Shown here: positions 15,945 through 29,360 of the stretch, one piece after another
How positions within the stretch are numbered: position 1 is the first letter of the stretch
Layout of the letters: the number at the start of each line of letters is the position of its first letter
Assembly: GCF_009914755.1 (NCBI RefSeq)
Contig: NC_060938.1
Length of the DNA: 64,000 bases
Strand: one strand, 5' to 3'
Source of the DNA: the human T2T-CHM13v2.0 reference genome, Homo sapiens
Program-made: the position numbers and the translations under genes
The notes under the pieces: model-generated
Told to the model about the DNA's origin: nothing
The model's input: only the letters and a program-made list of their open reading frames with translations
Database searches by the model: none

Positions 15945-16598
15945 TAGTTCTTAATGGGATGAATATGAATGCAAGCTTCTATCCTACTTTTAAGTGATGA
16001 ATATATCAGGTACACTGACTCTCAATTTCTTTTTTTTTTTTTTTTTTTTTTTTTGAGACACTCTCACTCTGTCACCCAGGCTGGAGTGCAGTGATGCAAC
16101 CTCTGCCTCCCAGTTCAAGTGATTCTCCTCAGTCTCCCAAGTAGCTGGGATTACAGGTGCGCATCACCACGCCTGACTAATTTTTTTGTATTTTTAGTAG
16201 AGATGGGGTTTCACCATGTTGGCCTGGCTGGTATCAAATTCCTGACCTCAAGTGATCCACCCGCCTCAGCCTCCCAAAGTGCTGGGATTACAGGTGTGAG
16301 CCACCGCGCCTGGCCAATTTCTTTTGGCCCACATAAAACTCTGTACAATAATTTTACCTATGCTACAGAAGCAAACTATTAGGATATATTAAAAAATGTA
16401 TATTCCTTCCTAAAAGTGAATGAAATTATCTCTTCATTACAACTGGGTACAATCTTTCATAAATAAAAATACAGGAGAATTTCCTGAACTCGGGAGGCGG
16501 AGGTTGCAGAGAGCCAAGATAGCGCCATTGCGCTCCAGCCTGGGCAACAAGAGCGAAACTCCCATCACAAAAAAAGAAAGAAAGAAAAAAATAACATA

Positions 16599-16888
16599 TG
16601 TATACATGTGCCATGTTGGTGTGCTGCACCCATTAACTCGTCATTTAACATTAGGTATATCTCCTAATGCTATCCGTCCCCCATCCCCCCGACCCCACAA
16701 CAGTCCCTGGTATATGATGTTCCCCTTCCAGTGTCCATGTGTTCTCATTGTTCAATTCCCACCTATGAGTGAGAACATGCGGTGTTTGGTTTTTTGTCCT
16801 TGCGATGTATACATATGTAACAAACCTGCACGTTGTGCACATGTACCCTAAAACTTAAAGTATAATAATAATAAAATTAAAAAGAAAA
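16599..16888. mobile_element. 5'-truncated, 5'-inverted L1PA (L1PA3/4-like) 3' UTR
   Basis: Antisense L1 3' UTR at 16599-16806 joined to the sense terminal segment and poly(A) at 16807-16888. TSD AAAAAAATAACATA at 16585-16598 and 16889-16902. Confidence 0.92.
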
Positions 16889-17036
16889 AAAAAAATAACA
16901 TAGTTTGGCACTTGCTTTTGTGCAAGATCTTAAAATTGCTTCCCCCCAAAAAAATTATTACCACACTTTTTCAAAGGTTCTAAAACTGAACTTTAACATC
17001 TATTAACATATAGATGTTCTTTCAGTTCGAAAGTAA

Positions 17037-17405
<369 letters not shown>

Positions 17406-17425
17406 TCAAAGGTACAAACTAGATC

Positions 17426-17582
17426 AATAGATCTTAACCCGTTTTAAGTCAGATATCCCTTTGAGAATCTGAAAAATCCCTATTGATTCCCCATTTTTAA
17501 AATAGATACACACATACAAAATGTTCACATAATTTTAGGCTGCTCATTGCATTTTAAATCCAACCAAGGATTTAAGAATCTC
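17426..17582 (+). mobile_element. hAT-Charlie MITE remnant (Charlie4z-like), copy 3
   Basis: TCTTAACC...CCCTTTGAGAATCTGA...CACATACAAAAT...TTAAGAATC. Confidence 0.5.
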
Positions 17583-18626
17583 TATACCTACTATACAAGA
17601 GTATAATGACTGGTTGCTTCTGGGAAGGGAAACTAGGAGAAGGGATGGAAGGAAGATTTTTCACTACACTTCCTTTTGTAACCTTTGGAATTTGAACCAT
17701 ATGGCTGTATTATCTATTCAAAAAATGAATAAATTAAAAATAAAAAGCATTACACTAAATAACATGGCAAGATACTAATGCAGTAGATGCAACTCTCCAG
17801 GTGAAGATGTTTAGAATAGCTATTATATTAAATTCACCATATTTAAAAACTGCTTCTTTGAAATTTTTGGTTGAAAAACGTTTGTGGCTGCAAAATTATG
17901 CTCTTCATAATTTTCAGAGAAATTTCCAATTTCCACCTTTTTACTAGTAAAATATGTCATAAAAATTTCATATTATTCATATTCTAACTTTTGAAACCCC
18001 CATTAAATAACAACAGCTAGTATTTACTGAATGTGGCACTGTCACATCTATTGACTATTAACGTCATCATCATTTTACAGACAAGGAAAACCAAAGCTTT
18101 CAGCAGTTAACGCATTTGTCCAAGGCAACCCAGCTAGTGGTAAGCTAGGACTCTTGAGGACCAACAAAACCCATGCGACAATGTATCACGACATGGAGTG
18201 TAGTAACCACTAAAATAGATGACATTATTCCTTAAAAGACTATTCTTTTTTGAGACAGCATTTCACTCTGTTGCCCAGGCTCAAGTGCAGTGGCACAATC
18301 ACAGCTCACTGCAGCGTCGATCTCCTGGGCTCGAACTATCCTCCCTCAGCCTTCCAAGTACCTAGGACTACAGGTGTGTACCACCACACCCAGCTAATTT
18401 TTTATTGTATTTTTTTTTAGAGACAGGCCTGCTATGTTGCACAGGCTGGCCTTGAACTCCTGGGCTCAAGTAATCCTCCCACCTCGACCTGCCAAAGTGC
18501 TGGGATTAAAGGTGTGAGTTATTTACTGTACCTGGCCTCTTAAGAGACTATTCTTATTCTAATAGGTTTTAGCACATTCACTCGTTATAAAAATCTGGTA
18601 TTATATTGCATGTGCCTACTTTACTA

Positions 18627-18946
<320 letters not shown>

Positions 18947-19233
18947 CTAAACTCCGTCTAGTCATCATAGTTGTAAGAATATCTAAAAGTGAATGTACAA
19001 ACTATCTGCAAAATGCCTCGGAAATGTATAATGAATTGTGAGACAAGAAATAACAATGGCGGCCGGGCGCGGTGGCTCATGCCAAGAATCCCAGCACTTT
19101 GGGAGGCCTAGGCAGGCGGACGCACCTGTGGTCAGGAGTTCGAGACCAGCCTGGCCAACATGGAGAAACCCCGTCTCTACTAAAAATATAAAAATCAGCC
19201 GGATGTGGTGGCAGACACCTGTAATCCCAGCTA

Positions 19234-19377
<144 letters not shown>

Positions 19378-20009
19378 CTACTTTCACTATAATTCCATCT
19401 TCAAAGAGGCAGTATTCTTCAGAAAACGTTCACCCAAATCTAAACTTACAGAATTGCTTAAAGTCAACGCAAGGAAATGAGGCACAGGAGGCTGGGGTGA
19501 GGAGAGAACATAAATCACCCAGCCAGGTGCTACTACCACTGATTATTATTAACATAAATTTGTGTGTGTGTTTGTGTGTTTGCCTAACTGTTTAGTTTGA
19601 CTGTCTTACTCAACAACTTACCTAGATAACAGTCAAGGCTTGCTTCATGTCCTGCTGTGTAAGTGTAAGGAAAGTATCCAAGTCTTGACTTTCTTTTTTT
19701 TTTTAAGACAGAGTCTATAGTGGCACAATATGAGCTCACTGCAACCTCCACCTCCCGGGGTCAAGTGATTCTCCTGCCTCAGCCTCCTGAGTAGCTGGGA
19801 TTATAGATGCACACCACTACATCCACGAATTTTTGGATTTTTAGCAGAGATGGGGTTTTACCCTGTTGGCCAGGCTGGTCTCAAACTCTTGACCTCAAAT
19901 GACCCGCCCCCTGTCGGCCTCCCCCAAGATTTTACTTTCTTATCAAGTAAGTAAGGCACTAAACCTCTACTAGGTTTTCCCTATCAGTGAATGAGTAAGA
20001 ATCTTTTAG

Positions 20010-20189
<180 letters not shown>

Positions 20190-21645
20190 TAAATTATTTG
20201 TACAGATGAGGTCTCACTATGTTGCGTAGGCTGGTCTCAAACTCTTGGGCTTAAGCGAGCCTCCCAACTCTGTCTCCCTATGTGCTGGGATTATAGGTGT
20301 GAGCCACCATACCCAGCCTCAAAAATGTTAAGGCTCTCCAAGAACACTTTCACAAAAGCATATAAAGATGGAGAAAATGTAAATGTCTATCTTTGCAAAG
20401 TTCATCCTATAATTTCCTAACACACAGATACGGAAAAACCAGGTAGATTTATACAGAATTACAGGTGGTGTTGCTTTCTACAGGAAATAACATCAGTGAT
20501 ACAGATTTCAAAACCCCACCTATTAGACATAGGGCAAAATAGGCTGGGCGCAGTGACTGACGCCTGTAATCCCAGCACTTTGGGAGGCCAAGGCAGGTGG
20601 ATCACCTGAGGTCAGGAGTTTGAGACCAGCCTGGCTGGTCTCAACACGTCTCTACTAAAAATACAAAAAAATTAGCTTGGTGTGGTGGTGGGCACCTGCA
20701 ATCCCAGCTACTCAGGAGCCTGAGGCAAGAGAATCACTTGAACCAAGAGGCAGAGGTTGCAGTGAGCTGAGATCGCACCACTGTACTCCAGCCTGGGCAA
20801 CAAGAGCAAAACTCCATCTCAAAAAAAAAAGAAATAGGGCAAAACAAAAACTTTCCCTTCACATTATGTTGCAGTTTTGCAAGTGAACAGACTTTAAAAC
20901 GCTAAGAATTAATGCAGTATTATTTATAAATCAAAGATTATGATGCATATAATAAACATTCTGATAATGCATGCACAAAACGAGTGGTTATTAATGCATA
21001 TCTGAGCATTCAAAAATGACATATTAAAAGATGAGTTACATAATCACTGTTTGTATAATTATCGTATTCAAACTCCCCTGAAATTAAAGACCTTAAGGAC
21101 ACCTCTTTGACTTCATTATTTAAAACAACTCACAAAATTCAACCATATTTTATATTGTACTCCAAATAAAATTAACCCAATTTAGTCAAAGCAATACTAT
21201 AGAAAATTAAATCAATAACTACCCTTAGCATGCATATAGTGTTTATCCTGGTTTCTCTTAAGGCAATGGCCAAAAAAAATAAAATCCTAGAAAAGAAATT
21301 CCTCCTACATTTTCTTTATATTCCATAAATTACTTCCTAGAAAATCAAGAGCAAATACACATTACTGAAGTCTATTTCTGATTATACTTCCTTATGTTAT
21401 TCTACAGACAGAGATGGATTTCTAATTTATAGAATACTTTCCAGAGTATTTACCCAGAATGTGCTTACTACATAACAATCACTGTTAGTCACTCTGGAAT
21501 TAGGTTTGTGAGTATATAGTCCTGTTACTCTCCAATTCTCTCATACTGGCAAAATATACAAGTTCAAAAAATCACATTCTTGGAAAGCAGAGTTCTTGGA
21601 AAACTGGCAACACTAGCAGACTTCACTTTTAAAAGTGAGAAAAAG

Positions 21646-22440
21646 GATACAGAAATGGCCAAAAAGCACAGGAAAAGATGCTCAACATCACTAATCATTA
21701 GGGCAATGCAAATAAAAATCACACTGAAATACCACTTCATACCTATTATAATGACTACTATCAAAAAATTAAAAAGCAGAAAATGAGTGATGGTGAGGAT
21801 ATAGAAAACTGGAACCCTCATGCATTGCTAATGGGAATGAAAAATGGTCCAGTTGCTGTGGCAATATGTATGGCAATTCCTGAAAAATTCAACATATGAT
21901 CCAGCAATTACACGTCTGGGTACATACCCAAAAGAAATGAAAGCCAGAACTTAAACAGGTATCTGTACATCATGGTCACAGCAGCATTATTCACAATAGC
22001 CTGAAGGTGGAAGCAACCCAAGTGTCCACCAATGAATTAATGGATTAAAAAGTATATGGTATGTATATACACTGAAATTATTCAGCCTTAAAAAAGAATG
22101 AAATTCTGACACCTGCTACAACAGAGATGAACACTGAAGACACTTGACTAGTGAAATAAGCCAGTCACAAAAAGACAAATATTGCATGGCATCACTTATA
22201 GGAGGTACCTAGAGTAGTCAAATTCATAGAAACAAAAAACAGAATGGCGGTTGCCAAGGGCTGGTGGGGGAAACAGGGAGTCAGTGTTTAACAGGTACAG
22301 AGCTTCAGTTGGGGAAGATGAAAAGGTTCTGGAGATGGATGGTAGGGACAGTTGCATGACAATGTCAAGGCACTTAATGCACATTTAAACATGGTTAAGA
22401 TGGTAAATTTCATGTTATGTATATTTTACCATAATTTTTT
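21646..22440 (+). mobile_element. Old L1MB-type 3' end (ORF2 C-terminus and 3' UTR)
   Basis: KRCSTSLIIR.MQIK.T..YH ORF2 remnant, and a typical L1MB terminus GGTTAAGATGGTAAATTTCATGTTATGTATATTTTACCA. Confidence 0.85.
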
Positions 22441-24926
22441 AAAATGAGAAAAAAGACATGAAAGCATTAAAGAAAAAATACATTAAAGCATGTGTCCAAA
22501 TTCTTCTCATGCATGCTTCTTTCACTACCCACAAAACCAATACCCTGACTATGAGTGGTCAGTGAAGTCCTAATTTAATTGTTTACCATAAGATCCAAGA
22601 AATTAGTGTAAGTTTTTAAATTCCTTCTAATTCTAAAAAAAAAAATTTAACTGGCTTCCTCAGAATGAAGTCCTTTACAGATACAGAAGTTAACACCCAT
22701 TACATATCTACTTCAGATTAAATAGATTACTAAAAACCAGTGTCTCCCAACTTTGTATTTCAAGCATAGTTCAATCTACAGTGTTTCCTACATTTTCTTT
22801 CCAAAGCCTCATAATGACTATTTTCATTTTTACCAGCAAAATCTCTAGTCAAAATTTTCTCCCCCAAAGCTCACAGGAGCTCATCTTTACTGACTGGTAG
22901 ATATATCATCTTTACAGTAATCAGTATTCAGTTTCCAAAAATTTTGTATAAACATTGGAATCTTATTTATGAATCTCTCTCTCTTTTTTAAAAAAAGTAT
23001 TCATATGGAAAAAATAGAAGCTTGAAATATCCTAAGCTAAATTTTGAGGATCTTTTCCGGTTACATTCCAGTTTTTCTTATAATACCTTCTGATTTCACA
23101 AACTGTTACAGAAATAAGTCTGCAATAATGAACTAGCAAACCAGGTTGCCTGGTTTCCTCCAAGCCACACTAAAGCTCATTGTGTTGTTCATATCCCCTT
23201 TCTCCCATTCTTCAGTATTCAGCACATAAACATCCACCTCAAAGGTAAATTCTGATAGTTTCCACACTATAAAAGCTATGTTCTGATATTTTTCAAACAA
23301 CACCTGTTCATAAACATGAAGCAAACATGATGAAAATTAAAAGGGACAAAAAGTAACCACATACCCAAACAAAAGTTGAAATGCCTAATTTAGAAAAAAT
23401 TCTTCATATTAAAAACGTGTTGGGCCGGGCATGGTGGCTCACGCCTAAATCCTGGCATGGGAACACCATGGCAATTCGAGACCAGCCTGTGCAACATGGC
23501 AAAACTCCATCTCTACAAAAAAATGGAAAAATTAGCTGGGCGTGATGGCATGCTTCTGTAGTCCCAGCTACTCGGGAAGTTGATCCCGGCTACTCGGGAA
23601 AGGGAGGATCACTTGAGCCTAGGAAATAGAGGCCACAGTGAGCCCCAACCTGCACTTTCTTTTTTTTTTTTCCCCCGAGACAGAGTCTTGCTCTGTCACC
23701 CAGGCTAGAATGCAATGGCACGATCTGGGCTCACTTCAACCTCTGCCTCCCGGTTCAAGCAATTCTCCTGCCTCGGCTTCCCGAGTAGCTGGGATTACAG
23801 GTGCCACCACCGCGCCTAATTTTTGTATTTTTAGAAGAGACAGGGTTTCACCATGTTGGCCAGGCTGGTCTCAAACTCCTGACCTCGTGATCTGCCTGCC
23901 TCGGGCTCCCAAAGTGCTGGGATTACAGGCGTGAGCCACCACGCCCGGCCTCAACCTGCACTTTCACTCTGTCCCCACTGAACTCTAGCCAGAGTGACAG
24001 CATGAGATTGTCTCAAAAGAAAATTTAAAAAACCAAAAAACTTGTTTTTAACAAATTTCAGGCCAGGCACGGTGGCTCACACCTGTAATCCCAGCACTTT
24101 GGGAGGTCAAGGTGGGCAGATCACTTGGGGTCAGGAGTTCAAGACCAGCCTGACCAACATGGTGAAACCCTGTCTCTATTAAAAATACAAAAATTAGCTG
24201 GGCATGGTGGCGGGCACCTGTGCTCCCAGCTACTCGGGAAGCTGAGGCAGGAAAATCACTTGAACCCAGGAGGTGGAGGTTGCTGTGAACCAGCCTGAGC
24301 AACAGAGGGAGACTCTATCTCAAAAGATAAAAATTAAAATTAAAAAATTAACAAATTTCAAAGAAAAGATCATACTAAACAAGTATGATCATCATACTTG
24401 TACATAGAAAGGTATATCTTTTCTACTTGTACTATGTGAAAACAAGAGTGCATGTAAACAACTATAAATGGACCATTTTTTTCTTGATTTTTAAAAACGA
24501 ATTCTTCCAAATACCATTTTCTATATGTAAATTAATGAATGGTACCATCTCCTCTACTAGGGTCTACTTCCTAAGACCATAATCTGTAGTTGTCATTGTA
24601 TATAATGTATCCCTAAACGTCAACAGAAGAAAAAATGAAAAACACAAACCCAGACATCTTAAAGTTTCTCTAGTACTTAGTTTACCTACTCATCAATGTG
24701 AGATATTCTCCTGATAATGTTTCTTTTAACTTGCCCAAAGACAGACTAAATTGAGCCTTTAAAAAGGAGAGTGGGTATATTTGGTCACACATTAGTAACT
24801 TCAATGTATGTGAAGTATCCCATCCCTTCAATTTGCAACACATATAAAACTCTACAAAAAGGAAATTATATATAGATGTAGAAAGATCAATTGAAAAAGA
24901 ATGCATCACCTGGTCATGAGCCTTAC

Positions 24927-25083
24927 CTTTTAGCAGCGGCAGAGGTGTTAACTCAATAGGCTTGCCTTGAGACCTAAACTGTGAGGAACTTTGCGACCTC
25001 TTCTGTCTGGCTTTTCTGACGGACTTCCGAGAAAATCCGTCTACTTTATCCACTGATGGAGGAGTAGTTGGTGCTGAGGACAT
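24927..25083 (-). CDS. PPP2R5E: PPP2R5E (PP2A B56-epsilon) first coding exon, codons 1-52 plus 1 nt
   Basis: Translation [52 protein letters not shown] matches the B56-epsilon N-terminus. The donor AAG|GTAAGG at 24927/24926 ends the match, and the rest of the 133-aa track ORF is intron read-through. The acceptor ttctttctcttcag|TAGGGATATG places the exon at 24927-25090. Confidence 0.96.
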
Positions 25084-25237
25084 ATCCCTACTGAAGAGAA
25101 AGAAGTATCATAAACCCATACATTCCCAAGGTGGAAGCATACATGTGAGTTATACAAATTCTAAAATTCCCATATACAATATTCATGAAAATGGGAATAT
25201 GTGCTAAAGAAAATAAAATCAGTTAAGAAAAGTCTTA

Positions 25238-25719
<482 letters not shown>

Positions 25720-28019
25720 TCAAGAGGCTGAGAAGGGAGAACCGCTTGAACCTGGGAGGCGGAGGTTGCGGTGAGCCAAGATGGCACCACTGCACTCCAG
25801 CCTGGGCAACAGAGCAAGAGTCCATCTCAAAAAAAAAAAAAAAAAAAGCCAGGCACAGTGGCACACACCCGTAATCCCAAGGCGGGCAGATAACTTCAGG
25901 TTGGGAGTTCGAGACCAGCCTGACCAACATGGAGAAACCCCATCTCTAATAAAAAAAAAAAAATACAAAAATTAGCCAGGCATGGTGGCGCATGCCTGTA
26001 ATCCCAGCTACTCGGGAGGCTGAGGCAGGAGAATCACTTGAACCCGGGAGGCGGAGTTGTGGTGAGCCAAGATCATGCCATTGCACTCCAGCCTGGGCAG
26101 CAAGAGGAAAACTCCTTCTCAAAAAAAAAAAAAAGAAACAAACAAAGAAAAGAAAAGTCATATGTTAACAGGAAAACATGAAAATTTAGTGAAAATAATT
26201 TAAGTATCACGGAAACAATATGAGAACTCTAATGTATTGTGCCACTCCATTATAAGCATTAAAGATACTCATCTAGGCTTAAAGAAATCTATGCTGCCTG
26301 CCCATTTTCTAACTGCAAAGCTCTTCACATCTTCAAGTAATTTTTGGAGCTATTCTGTAACTGGAAAACTTCCATTGATACATTTTCCCAAGATACTTAA
26401 TATTATGAATGGGTTCTGGAGTTGAAAAACCCTTAGTGTACTTCAAGAATCTATACCAATGTATCACAGCAAGGTGAAATTTACTACTACTGAAACTATC
26501 TAGGCATAACTTTTAATGGGATGTGCTATGTTAGCTATGATAAACTATACCACACTGCAAATGAGGACAGGCTAGATTACTTTAAACAAAACACATAAAA
26601 GGCATAATTAAAATATTTCAAATAAGTCTTCTTTTTGAATGAAGCCACCTTACGTTATTAACGCTTAATAAAAACTATGAGAAAATCAAGCACCAAAGTT
26701 GAACTGAAAACATAAATTCACAGCCTACTGAAACAACCAAGTTGAGTTCCCTTGAGGTTTAGACCTTGAAGTTCATCATCAAATACCAATTTTCATTCCA
26801 TCAAACTTACGGAACTGAATAGCACTTTTGAATTGTTTAACCCTCTCGAGTTATTAAAATGAAGGCTATTTCCTGAAAGTAACAAGCGTTAAGCTTAATT
26901 TCATTCACCAAATTAAACAGATGCCATCATTTCCATGGCACTGAGGCTTCATGCAAGACTAATGGCAGACTCGGATAGAAAGAATGCATATGGGGGAAAT
27001 GCTGAAATGCAATTACTCACCTGTCATTCCAATAGACAAGACAAGTGGTTTTTAACTTCTAAATAAAACAGTAAGGGAATTTCTTCCTGAACACGTGAGA
27101 ATAAAAAGTTACCTGGATTACGTGGATTTTGACAATGTAAAAATAACAAAAACATTTTAAAACACATGCACACATATGATGTTGACGTTTGGAATTTGGA
27201 AGTCTTCTTTGGTTTTCTTTAAAAAAAAAAAAGTTTTTAAAAATCTACCTAATTTAGCCTTAATATAATGTGATGGATTCAAAATAGAATCACAAACTAT
27301 GAATGACTATAGATGTTAAGATCACTTTAAAATATCAAAATGACTGCATCAGCCAAAAGCTCCACATCTTATTTGTACGTTGTAAATTTAGGGGCCGATT
27401 TTCCATTCGGGTATGTGAATTATTTAGACTTCACTCTAACTCTAACACTACAACATTTCAGTAAATCCTCTTCCTCCATCACTCTTTTCGTCTCTTCTTT
27501 ATTCCTTATCTCTCATCTCTACAGACGATATATAGGTAGCTTTTAAAAAAATCATTTACCCCTTATGCCCGAGGCCCAGAATAAACGTCAAGGATCGCAA
27601 CCCTGAAGCACTGCAAAACTGAACGTAAGGTAACAGCGGGTCCGTGCAAAGCCCAGGGAAACAGGTTTCGCCCTGGGCCAGGGCTCCCGAAGCTTTATCA
27701 TCCTCTAATCAGCAGGCATGGGGCATTTCCATGGCTCAGGATAATCCAAAGGGGGTAAGGGGAAGTAGGGAAAGACAGGGAAGGGGTTTGTCTGTGGGGA
27801 TGCTTACATACTCCCTTTGCTCCTAACCCACACCCCAAGCCCTGGAGACGATAAGCTGCTAGAGAATCCTCCTCACACCAAACCCCTCTTTATTCCCCGC
27901 CCCCGCCAGTGGATAAAGGGGGGCAAGAAAACGCCTCCAATCCCAGAAGGTGGAGAAAAAGGGGGGAGGGGGCAGAGTGAATGAGAGGTATCATCAGAAG
28001 CATTTGTAGGTAAATCAGA

Positions 28020-29360
28020 CAAGTGGGACGGGCGCTCCCGCTCCCGCACCCCACCCCACCGCACCCCTCGCCTGCCCGGCCAGGCCTTCCCAAGGCCGGT
28101 GCCCCATAGGTTCCCCAGGAGGACCGGGAGGAAGAAGGGAAGCGGGCGAGCCGCGGTGCTGGAGGGACTAAGTTACCTTGAAGCTTCTGGGGAAGAATCC
28201 AAAGATGATCTGTGGCTTGGAGGGGCGGGAGACGGGCGAGGTGGCCGCAGCGGGGGCGGGCGGCGGGACCGGGACGTGCAGGGGGAGGTCCGGGCAGCTG
28301 CGGGGAGCCTGGGGCGACGGCTGTCCGGTACGGGGTCCCTCCGGTTCCGCGGCGGCGGAGCCTCTAGGCCTCACGGCCGGACCCGAACCTCAGCGTTCCG
28401 GTGGCGGCGGCGGCCTCACGATCCTCCCCCGCGGGCCCGTCCCATCAAATCGGCACCGACCCCGTTGCGGCTCCGCCGGTGGCTCCTCGCTCACATTCCT
28501 GGCGGGCGGCGCCTCAGCTCGTTGCCCCGGACCCGGCGGCGGCGGCGACGACGTGGGGAGGGGGGGAAGGGAGGGAGGAAGACTGGATCTGCAGCGGCAG
28601 CAAGAGAAGGGGACAGAATAAGGAGGAGGAGCCGCAGGAGCTGGAGCCGCCGCTGCCAGAGCCACCTTTCGCTACCCGCGGTGGGTCCCAGTCAATGCCC
28701 CTTTCTCTCTCCTATTGTCAATATCACCGGGCGGCTGAGTCCATGGCACACGCGCAACCGAACCTTCTGGCCAGCAGCGCCCGCCTCCGGCGCCCGCCCA
28801 CTGGAGACTTCAAACGGGAAGCGAGGCCTCATTGGCCAGTATCCGCCTTCACTCCCCTGACAGCATGTTCGGCTGAGACCTGATCAGGGATTGGCGGCAG
28901 GAGGGCGGAGAAACGGGAGGGTGGGAAGAGAGAAGGTCGAGGATTGGGCCGAAGCTTGAGGAACCCGGATGCAGCCGCGATCTCGGGCGGTGCAGCCGCC
29001 GCTTCCGCCCGGCAGTGGGGCAAGCTGAAGTGAGAAGCCGCTGGGCCTGAGAGGAGCTCTTTAATTCCGGGAGGTGTGCGACTAGCGGATCAGCGGGCTG
29101 GCTTTCCGTGCTGTGCGGAGCCTTTGGGCGGCGGTCGTCTTGGACCGGAGGATTCCAAGGGCTCGGGTCGTCTAAGGGTCGGGGAGCCCCGGAGACTTGA
29201 TCCCGCCCTGCAGCTAGTGTGGCCCCTCAGGGTTTGGGGAGTCCCACTCTGGACGGGACCCTGTGATGCGTAGGCAGGAATAAGATCCCCCGCCCGTGCC
29301 GGTGTGCCACTGCTTGTGTAAATGGGCCCCTTGAAACCCCCAGCAGTCGCTCTCCGCTGA
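28020..29360. promoter_or_regulatory. CpG island / TATA-less promoter of PPP2R5E
   Basis: Very high GC and CpG density against CpG-depleted flanks. GC boxes are present, with three CCAAT boxes on the minus strand (ATTGG at 28831, 28890, 28943). Confidence 0.9.
28177..28775 (-). other. PPP2R5E: PPP2R5E non-coding exon 1 (GC-rich 5' UTR)
   Basis: Donor TTCAAG|GTAACT at 28177/28176 inside the CpG island, 3086 nt upstream of the exon 2 acceptor. The 5' boundary (TSS) is approximate and cannot be fixed from sequence alone. Confidence 0.75.

Noticed and set aside
24682-24926. C-terminal 81 aa of the 133-aa ORF
   Set aside because: Lies beyond the GTAAGG donor. It is intron 2 read-through with no B56 similarity.
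28177-28370. Stop-free in-frame stretch upstream of the PPP2R5E AUG (possible CUG-initiated extension)
   Set aside because: The only in-frame CTG I found (28250) has poor context, and an open frame is unremarkable at this GC content.
28555-28578. G-quadruplex-capable G-run in exon 1
   Set aside because: It is on the template strand, not in the mRNA, and is commonplace in CpG promoters.
28099-28883. Long ORFs (253, 160, 147 aa) over the CpG island
   Set aside because: Arg/Gly/Pro/Ala-rich frames are expected from stop-poor GC-rich DNA. They have non-ATG starts and no recognisable domain.
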